From a virus, in the IMG/VR virus record IMGVR_UViG_3300047476_000577, positions 1 to 64,000 of that record: DNA of 64,000 nt; one strand, 5' to 3'. The position numbers were made by a program, and so were the translations under genes. Shown here in pieces: positions 57,825-64,000 of the stretch (its first letter is position 1; the number at the start of each line of letters is the position of its first letter). Below the pieces are notes generated by a model, which was given only the letters and a program-made list of their open reading frames with translations, made no database searches and was not told the origin of the DNA.

Positions 57825-58741
57825 ATAATAAACTCCGCTGTCCATTCATAAAGCAGCTCTCTGCTTTTTTCCCAAACACATAAATGAGTTGCATTGGGCA
57901 ACACCTTAAAGTACGATGTACTGACAGGCAATAACTTATATAGTCTGTTAGTCACAAAGTAAGGATTCTCGATATCGTACTGAGATGTAGTAATCAGTAC
58001 TCGAGATTTTAACTCTGCAAACTTGAATGTCTTTAAGTGTTGAATGATGTTAGGGATTTTGCCCAACTTCCAATTGCCAGTAGCAGTGTCGAAACTTCTA
58101 TGATCTCTTGCAAGAGCTTCAAACGCTTGCTCTTTCCACAACGGTTCTCTGAAGTCTTTGCCGGCAGGTTGAGCCGCAGAAAATCGTTTGTCAATCGAAT
58201 CCATACCCACCATTGTATACGGCAACTTCTCGTCGACTTCGACGTAAAAGTTATAACCGCTTGGAGGATCGTCTTTTGCTTTAATCCATTTAGGGTTGAT
58301 GCTGATAATGTTGTCAACAAGTCCGGGATTGAGGACAGAGTACGTTATACACAGCGATCCTAAGTAGCTGAACCCTACTAGCGAAATCTTAGTGGTAGCG
58401 CCTAGTTTATTTTTAATGTAATTGATGGCTGATGTAATGTCCTGGTAGTAGTCCTCGATTGTTAAAGGACTTTTGACTAGTGATATATCTTCTACTAGTT
58501 GTTCTTCTACTGGACTACTTTGTCCGTAACCGCGAAGGTCTATTAGGAAAGCATCTACTCCGGCATCTGCCATATAATCGCCGTAGCTTTTGCTACCCAT
58601 TGCAATACCCATCGTAGACTCTACACACAGGCTTCTGCTATTAAACAATAAGATTGCATTACCCGTGTTAAACTTAGCAGGTATGTGCCGTATATAAAGG
58701 CTAGCAGTACCCGATTCTATAAAATTAATATTTTCTTGCAT
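57821..58741 (-). CDS. Alpha/beta hydrolase
   Basis: IDLRGYGQS, nucleophile elbow VGFSYLG, QYD and NATH (Ser-Asp-His triad). Confidence 0.8.
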   Translation of the reverse strand: MQENINFIESGTASLYIRHIPAKFNTGNAILLFNSRSLCVESTMGIAMGSKSYGDYMADAGVDAFLIDLRGYGQSSPVEEQLVEDISLVKSPLTIEDYYQDITSAINYIKNKLGATTKISLVGFSYLGSLCITYSVLNPGLVDNIISINPKWIKAKDDPPSGYNFYVEVDEKLPYTMVGMDSIDKRFSAAQPAGKDFREPLWKEQAFEALARDHRSFDTATGNWKLGKIPNIIQHLKTFKFAELKSRVLITTSQYDIENPYFVTNRLYKLLPVSTSYFKVLPNATHLCVWEKSRELLYEWTAEFII

Positions 58742-60197
58742 ATATAGTTGAGAACATATATCTAGAGTTGATGACTTGGATGTCAGAGAAGCCAGCAGAC
58801 TCTAGTGTTTCAAGGTACCATTTTAATGGTTTTGTAGTTAACACTCCTATTAGTGCTTTTTTCTTTTGCTGTATAACTTCTTCCGAAACTCCATTAGCAC
58901 GTTTGAAATCATAATACATTTCTTCCGTTTCCATACTATGATCCATTTTGTCTGAGATGATAACAAAGCCGCCAGTTTGTAAGTTGTCGTAGATGTCTTG
59001 TATATATTGTGCTCGTTCTTGAACAAAGTGCAGAGTCCAGTTAGCTAGTACAACGTTATATGACCCTTGCGGTAGCGTATTGCTTACGGTAACCAATTCA
59101 GGGTACTTGCTTCTGTCAACCATTGCTTGACTATTGTCTACGCCAACAACATCAGTGTATCCACGTTGAATAAATTTATCCATTGTGTTACCTAGAGCAG
59201 AGCCTACATCGATGACTTTAATGTCCTTTTTGCTTTTAAACACTTTACTAGTATAGTCGATGCAAAGGTCGATTACCCTGTTGTAATCGGGAATATGTGT
59301 TTCGGCTTCTTGTTGGAACCTATTAGCAACTGAACCATCGAACACCCAATGTTTATCGACTGGCATAACGTTAGGCATATCTTTCATACGCTCTTTTGCA
59401 GCGTTAATATTAGCCTTAACTAAGTCTCCTACTTGCCTTACGCCTGACTTCTCTGTTTTGTAGAATCTTAGCATATATCTGCTAGGTAATGGATATGTAG
59501 TAGGGCCCGGACGATTGACTAGTGTAGAGTACGAATCGTGTACTGTTTTATCTTCTAGCTGTTCTGGATAAATTAAACCTTCTTTGCTTTGGAAACCTAA
59601 CGACCCTAGGATAATTTTCATTGCATTAGGACTAGGTCTTGACCCAGCACCAGAGAACGCAGTGTTGGCATCTGAGCTGTTGATGTGCTGCTTCTTGATA
59701 ACGTCAATGATAGCAATGTCGGGAGATATCATTGGCCAAGGATAGATGCTGTCTGCAACAATAGAGTAGTCGCAAACCTTAGCTACCCGTTCAAGGAATC
59801 CGTAAGTGTCGAGGAAAGCATATATAACGCCAATCATAACTACAACGTCGTACTTTTTGCCCGCTGCAATCTCATTGTCCAGAAACTCTCTAATATCCCG
59901 TTCTACTATAGAAAACTTATCAGATGACCAATATTTTCCTAGCAACTCTCTACTAGTTGCAGCCATCTGCGGTTGCACTTCGACTCCGGTGTAGTGCTTA
60001 CAGCCTTGAGATAAGACCCACTGTCCAGTAGCGCCCAGGCAGCTACCTAAGTCTAAAACTGTCATTCCGTCTACTAGCCAATCTGGCGCCATTGCTTTAT
60101 GGCGTTTGTCTAGTGATTCTATGGTTACTCTACTGTAGCCTCGGTCTTTGCGTGTATCGTTCTCTACGAACTCTGGATATTGGCTAAAAAAGCTCAT
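58725..60197 (-). CDS. Two-domain protein: class I methyltransferase fused to a CmoA-like (carboxy-SAM synthase) domain
   Basis: N-terminal VLDLGSCLG; C-terminal WVFDGSVANRF, DVGSALG, GVDNSQAM, NWTLHFV, DFKRANGVSEEVIQQKK match CmoA motifs. Confidence 0.78.
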   Translation of the reverse strand: MSFFSQYPEFVENDTRKDRGYSRVTIESLDKRHKAMAPDWLVDGMTVLDLGSCLGATGQWVLSQGCKHYTGVEVQPQMAATSRELLGKYWSSDKFSIVERDIREFLDNEIAAGKKYDVVVMIGVIYAFLDTYGFLERVAKVCDYSIVADSIYPWPMISPDIAIIDVIKKQHINSSDANTAFSGAGSRPSPNAMKIILGSLGFQSKEGLIYPEQLEDKTVHDSYSTLVNRPGPTTYPLPSRYMLRFYKTEKSGVRQVGDLVKANINAAKERMKDMPNVMPVDKHWVFDGSVANRFQQEAETHIPDYNRVIDLCIDYTSKVFKSKKDIKVIDVGSALGNTMDKFIQRGYTDVVGVDNSQAMVDRSKYPELVTVSNTLPQGSYNVVLANWTLHFVQERAQYIQDIYDNLQTGGFVIISDKMDHSMETEEMYYDFKRANGVSEEVIQQKKKALIGVLTTKPLKWYLETLESAGFSDIQVINSRYMFSTIYARKY

Positions 60198-60220
60198 ATA
60201 TACGTCCTCTATTATGTACG

Positions 60221-60228
60221 TATTTATT
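60221..60228 (-). promoter_or_regulatory. Late promoter motif AATAAATA heading enzyme cluster 2
   Basis: Followed by GAGGA and ATG 60197. Confidence 0.6.
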
Positions 60229-60234
60229 GAGCAG

Positions 60235-60540
60235 TCAACTGAACTTCAATGCAAATTCAAATAGCAATTCATCGTCAGTGTCATCATTAAAGTCAACCCA
60301 TTGGTCAACAATGATATTAGATACTCCGTCTGTTCGTTTTGGTTCTGCAAAACTGCATACTCCGCCCATAGCCCAACCGCTGCCGTGTATCCATTCATTG
60401 CCACCCGGCTTCCAGTTTTTACTAATAGGGCCTATGTTTGTACTAAGCCAGACTAGTATAGGCGTGTCTGTATATTTGAGCTTTCTGGAATTATTGTTCC
60501 AAGGCTCCCATACATTTCTATTGTACCTAACTCTTTTCAT
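60235..60540 (-). CDS. FxLRW-family small protein
   Basis: Ends VDFNDDTDDELLFEFALKFS. Confidence 0.65.
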   Translation of the reverse strand: MKRVRYNRNVWEPWNNNSRKLKYTDTPILVWLSTNIGPISKNWKPGGNEWIHGSGWAMGGVCSFAEPKRTDGVSNIIVDQWVDFNDDTDDELLFEFALKFS

Positions 60541-60767
60541 AAGTCAAGTAAAAATTGTTCTTCTGTAGTCAAGTTAAGTATAAGATTTATCTTACCTTCT
60601 TGCAGCCATCTGTTGATGGTTAATGATATGTATTCGGCTTCGTCGCAGTCGTTAACCTTTACACCTATGCGTTTAAATGTCATACCGTCTGGTCCTTTGA
60701 CCCACGGGTTAACAACTGATATTAGTTTCTTTGGATCAGGTATTCGTACTATAGGTCGTATACTCAT
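60537..60767 (-). CDS. Small hypothetical protein
   Basis: ATGA overlaps on both sides within the array. Confidence 0.55.
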   Translation of the reverse strand: MSIRPIVRIPDPKKLISVVNPWVKGPDGMTFKRIGVKVNDCDEAEYISLTINRWLQEGKINLILNLTTEEQFLLDL

Positions 60768-61036
60768 TTTCCTGCCCACCTTAATTTAAACATCACTGCA
60801 TCTTCTGCAAGCTCGAATGCAACACTGTGGTGTAAGTTAACGTGATTGCCAGTTAAGTTACTGTCCAGCCAAGTGTATATGTCAACTAGTTCAACAATGT
60901 TGGGCTCTTTTTTGTATTCTACTAAATGCCAGCCTTGGCTAACTAGTACCTTACTTAATACTTCTCGGTCGATTTCGTTTTTAATTTCTTCTGCAAGAAT
61001 TTCTGCAAAATCTTGCGACACTGAATCACCGTCCAT
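60764..61036 (-). CDS. FxLRW-family small protein with capsid-like N-terminal helix
   Basis: AEILAEEIKNEIDREVL; ends VAFELAEDAVMFKLRWAGK. Confidence 0.7.
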   Translation of the reverse strand: MDGDSVSQDFAEILAEEIKNEIDREVLSKVLVSQGWHLVEYKKEPNIVELVDIYTWLDSNLTGNHVNLHHSVAFELAEDAVMFKLRWAGK

Positions 61037-61037
61037 A

Positions 61038-61265
61038 TTAGCTCCACCTTAATAAAAATAGCAGCATATCAGATTCTTCTTTGAACTTGATCCAGCCACC
61101 GTGACTATCCCATCCGCTGTGCACGCCAGTATCCGGGTCTGTCCCAGGATGCCCAAATGTATCCCATAGCCAGCCGTATACACTAAGAAACTCTTTTCCT
61201 TGAGGACTATAATACCATTCCCACTTATAATCTCTGTCAGGCCTGTGCTTAAATTTTATGTCCAT
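61038..61265 (-). CDS. FxLRW-family small protein
   Basis: Ends IKFKEESDMLLFLLRWS. Confidence 0.7.
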   Translation of the reverse strand: MDIKFKHRPDRDYKWEWYYSPQGKEFLSVYGWLWDTFGHPGTDPDTGVHSGWDSHGGWIKFKEESDMLLFLLRWS

Positions 61266-61449
61266 TACAATGTCCCCATTTTAGCGTAAACATTAGCGCA
61301 TCTCGTTCTTCTAAGCAAACATATATGTATGCTTGTCCTATTTGCCACAGGCCCCAGTTTGTTTCGTCTACGTAACCAGGGCAATGGTCATTGATCCACA
61401 TAAGTTGATCGTGCCACGTAGTAGGACAAGTAATCTCAACACGATTCAT
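61249..61449 (-). CDS. FxLRW-family small protein
   Basis: LEERDALMFTLKWG near the C-terminus. Confidence 0.68.
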   Translation of the reverse strand: MNRVEITCPTTWHDQLMWINDHCPGYVDETNWGLWQIGQAYIYVCLEERDALMFTLKWGHCNGHKI

Positions 61450-61706
61450 AACCACCGTAGCTTGAACATTACTGCTTCGTTGTCGTCTTTGATGCTAACA
61501 GTATACATAGGATCTCCGCTGTTAAAGCGATGCGTACAGTCTGCTGTTGGACAATTTGTCTCCATCCACATTTCAAACTCTCTGTCGTCTGCGGGATATA
61601 CCCAGCAGGTCCAACTACGAGGCGGCACCATCGGCCATTGAGACCCGGGGTTGATTGGATCTACACCATTATGGAATTCCCAATGATGCACTATAGTTTT
61701 TCTCAT
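61446..61706 (-). CDS. FxLRW-family small protein
   Basis: Ends IKDDNEAVMFKLRWL. Confidence 0.7.
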   Translation of the reverse strand: MRKTIVHHWEFHNGVDPINPGSQWPMVPPRSWTCWVYPADDREFEMWMETNCPTADCTHRFNSGDPMYTVSIKDDNEAVMFKLRWL

Positions 61707-61942
61707 CAAGCAGCCCACCTTAATCTAAATAGCATAATACTTTCTTTACTGTCGAGCAACCACCTGTCATATGCAACTCTTTTACCGCATCCAGTTGTTT
61801 TTACCCAAGCGTCAATTTCTTCAGCTTGCTCGTCCGTTAGCTCAACAAAAGAGTTCCATACCTTACTATACAGACCGTGATATGTTATGGCCTGTTTGAC
61901 CCATATTTTCCTGCGTAACAGTTTAAATGTAAAACGACTCAC
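61706..61942 (-). CDS. FxLRW-family small protein
   Basis: Probable GTG start; ends LDSKESIMLFRLRWAA. Confidence 0.65.
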   Translation of the reverse strand: MSRFTFKLLRRKIWVKQAITYHGLYSKVWNSFVELTDEQAEEIDAWVKTTGCGKRVAYDRWLLDSKESIMLFRLRWAA

Positions 61943-62397
61943 GCCTTGCCCTTGCCGCCGTAGTTTAGTTTTTCCCAAAACTCAAACTTGTGTTCTGCTT
62001 CTTCCCGCAACTTCTTTTCGTGCTCTGCAATACGGCGTGCCCTGCCTTCTTCCATTTTAGCAGTTTCTAATGTTTGTTGCACATCTGCAATAAAGCTAAC
62101 AAGACTTGTAGTAGACAACCGGTTTATTTCTTTGTTCAAGTTATAAATTTCAGTGTCCTTGTCGTCTATATCTCGTTTGTAATAGTCAATGTCATCTCTA
62201 AGTTTGCGGATATAGTCAGCAGGATACAAGTGTTCCCACTCGTATTCGAATGTACAGTCTACTGGATCCATTCCTGCTTCTTCTAACTCTACACGAATAG
62301 TATCATCGTTAATGATAGCAAGTAGGCGCCGAATGACAGGGTCAGTTGACTCTAAGTCAAGTTGGTTGATAAACTCTTTGTTGCTTAGTCCGAGCAT
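61939..62397 (-). CDS. Coiled-coil hypothetical protein
   Basis: 152-aa heptad-rich ORF within the array. Confidence 0.65.
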   Translation of the reverse strand: MLGLSNKEFINQLDLESTDPVIRRLLAIINDDTIRVELEEAGMDPVDCTFEYEWEHLYPADYIRKLRDDIDYYKRDIDDKDTEIYNLNKEINRLSTTSLVSFIADVQQTLETAKMEEGRARRIAEHEKKLREEAEHKFEFWEKLNYGGKGKA

Positions 62398-62747
62398 TAG
62401 TGTTTCCCCCAGCGTAATACAAAGTTAAAATAATCTTCTTGGTCGCGAATAAGAATACTGTTTTCAAATTTGTGCCACCAACGACTCCACGCATCGGGGC
62501 GTTTGGGGTGCGGCCCGAATTGTTCTTCGCACCACTTGTCTACTGCAAAATAATCAGCAGGATCAAATTCTGCCTGATACCAGTTCCTGCTGAACTTGTA
62601 TTTTGGTTCTTGCTGATTAAGTTTTATTTGCATTTCTTTAAGTATCTTATTTGCCAGGCGTTGAATCTCATCTAACAGTTGTTGGTCCAATGGCGGTATA
62701 GTTTGCCAGGCGTACATACTGTTAATGTCTAAATCTATGTGTTGCAT
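62397..62747 (-). CDS. FxLRW-family small protein
   Basis: WCEEQFG...IRDQEDYFNFVLRWGKH. Confidence 0.7.
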   Translation of the reverse strand: MQHIDLDINSMYAWQTIPPLDQQLLDEIQRLANKILKEMQIKLNQQEPKYKFSRNWYQAEFDPADYFAVDKWCEEQFGPHPKRPDAWSRWWHKFENSILIRDQEDYFNFVLRWGKH

Positions 62748-62965
62748 TATACACCTTGTGCAAGTTTAAACAAAAACATATCGTGCTCGTCTTTGAAGCA
62801 AAATGTAATATAGCAAGCATCGTATCCGCTGTACAATACCTTGCAGGATTCTTTTGGCATATTAATTTTGATCCAGTTACAGTAGTCATCAACTGTTGCA
62901 ACTTTCTTACCATTTGTCTTGACAGATAGTTGATACGGCCAATATTTTTTGTTAAGCACTCGCAT
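62747..62965 (-). CDS. FxLRW-family small protein (variant end)
   Basis: Ends FCFKDEHDMFLFKLAQGV. Confidence 0.68.
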   Translation of the reverse strand: MRVLNKKYWPYQLSVKTNGKKVATVDDYCNWIKINMPKESCKVLYSGYDACYITFCFKDEHDMFLFKLAQGV

Positions 62966-63200
62966 TGCTATATCTCAATTTAAAAATTAAATATGCTTCT
63001 CGATCAAGTAATTCAAAGCCTGCTAAGTTGTCGCCTACATACCAACAGCGAACGCCACTTTCCTTGAGTAGATCTATAGTTGATATTTTAGCATAGTTAG
63101 GATTAGTTTTGTATCGCTTAGTAACCAAAGCAATGAACTCATCACGAGCTTTGAACTGCTCGTATATGCTACAATTTTTTGGGATTAAACTTATTGCCAT
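62952..63200 (-). CDS. FxLRW-family small protein
   Basis: LLDREAYLIFKLRYS near the C-terminus. Confidence 0.65.
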   Translation of the reverse strand: MAISLIPKNCSIYEQFKARDEFIALVTKRYKTNPNYAKISTIDLLKESGVRCWYVGDNLAGFELLDREAYLIFKLRYSNASA

Positions 63201-63475
63201 CGCAGTAAAAACATTAATAAATCATCGTGGTCGCGAAACCAAAACGAACTGTTGTTAACAAACCACCTGTCTGACGAAGCAGGCCATTCATTGAGTGGGC
63301 GTTTTCCAAAAGTACTGTAGCACCAGTCTTCCAATTTCAACCAGTCACGCTGTAATTCTTGTTTACTGACCCCGTACGGCACCCACCAGTTTGTACCGCT
63401 AATGTAACTTACATTAGCAACATAATACCTTGCACCGTTTAATCGTTTTTCTTCTGTAGTGAATGTTAAATTCAT
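63191..63475 (-). CDS. FxLRW-family small protein
   Basis: WCYSTFG...FWFRDHDDLLMFLLRWQ. Confidence 0.7.
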   Translation of the reverse strand: MNLTFTTEEKRLNGARYYVANVSYISGTNWWVPYGVSKQELQRDWLKLEDWCYSTFGKRPLNEWPASSDRWFVNNSSFWFRDHDDLLMFLLRWQ

Positions 63476-63726
63476 TAGCTCCACTTCAGCTTCCATAACA
63501 TAAAAGCCTCGGGCTCGACAACTTCGATTTGGTTGATTTTATAACCTGCTTGGGTACCTTTAATCTCAACTTCAAAGTCCAATTTAAGACCTGCTTCTTG
63601 TTCAAGATAATATTTAAAAGCACGAACGAGGTTAGCATTGCCAATGTTATATTGCCAGTTTGGATCCCAGGCATCGTAGCAGTTGTTTAGCTGATTTTTA
63701 ATTTCTTTTTGATCAACGGTAATCAT
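63475..63726 (-). CDS. FxLRW-family small protein
   Basis: Ends VVEPEAFMLWKLKWS. Confidence 0.68.
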   Translation of the reverse strand: MITVDQKEIKNQLNNCYDAWDPNWQYNIGNANLVRAFKYYLEQEAGLKLDFEVEIKGTQAGYKINQIEVVEPEAFMLWKLKWS

Positions 63727-63911
63727 TGTGCCCACCTTAGTGCAAATAGTAACGCATCTTCTTGTTTATCGAAATTAAATGTAACGTGTTGGATTTTATT
63801 AACTACTTCCCAAGTCCGGTTAACGAGATTCATATCGTGTTCAGCCGCCCGATCTGAGCGAGCAGTGCACTCTACTATGTTGTTACATTTAACAGTTACA
63901 GGATACATCAT
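63723..63911 (-). CDS. FxLRW-family small protein
   Basis: Ends FNFDKQEDALLFALRWAQ. Confidence 0.68.
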   Translation of the reverse strand: MMYPVTVKCNNIVECTARSDRAAEHDMNLVNRTWEVVNKIQHVTFNFDKQEDALLFALRWAQ

Positions 63912-64000
63912 ACGTACCTCAATTCAAACATCATTGCATCTTCTGCTTTTTCAAACCAAAAATCCAATCTAGTACCTTGACTGTGGATTTGATAACTATA
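63908..64000 (-). CDS. FxLRW-family small protein, C-terminal part (runs off window end)
   Basis: Own translation YSYQIHSQGTRLDFWFEKAEDAMMFELRYV-stop. Confidence 0.65.
   Translation of the reverse strand, partial: YSYQIHSQGTRLDFWFEKAEDAMMFELRYV

Noticed and set aside
1-64000. Stop-codon reassignment, tRNA/rRNA genes, integrase or transposase
   Set aside because: Long genes are intact in code 11 and TAA, TAG and TGA all end genes; no cloverleaf or recombinase motifs noticed by eye (tRNAscan-SE would be decisive)

Overview
The window is part of a large T4-like (myovirus/jumbo-type) phage genome read in the standard genetic code. No tRNA, rRNA or CRISPR array was seen. Left to right: (1) gp46/gp47 recombination nuclease and a gp55-like late sigma factor; (2) a baseplate/tail module (gp53-, hub-, gp5-, gp25- and gp6-like genes and a 3045-aa wedge-like protein), interrupted by an early region with DNA ligase, an HNH nuclease and small genes; (3) a virion-type protein carrying a (Gly-Gly-Tyr)17 tract, followed by a glycosyltransferase / radical SAM / methyltransferase operon; (4) a ~9.3-kb minus-strand enzyme cluster with Fe/2OG oxygenases, AsnB-like ATP pyrophosphatases, GNAT-like proteins, a fatty-acid desaturase and a B12 radical SAM enzyme; (5) thyA/folA and an AAA+/vWA pair; (6) arrays of ~18 small paralogues ending in FxLRW, split by a second enzyme cluster (methyltransferase-CmoA-like fusion, alpha/beta hydrolase, AsnB-like ligase). 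The best candidate for an undescribed system is a three-gene core present in both enzyme clusters: a helical partner gene overlapping an AsnB-like ligase gene, plus a ~100-aa protein with its own late promoter. Each copy comes with different tailoring enzymes and sits behind T4-type late promoter motifs, suggesting a modular late-expressed chemical modification system, possibly acting on the virion. All family calls come from motif recognition by eye; no database search was run.
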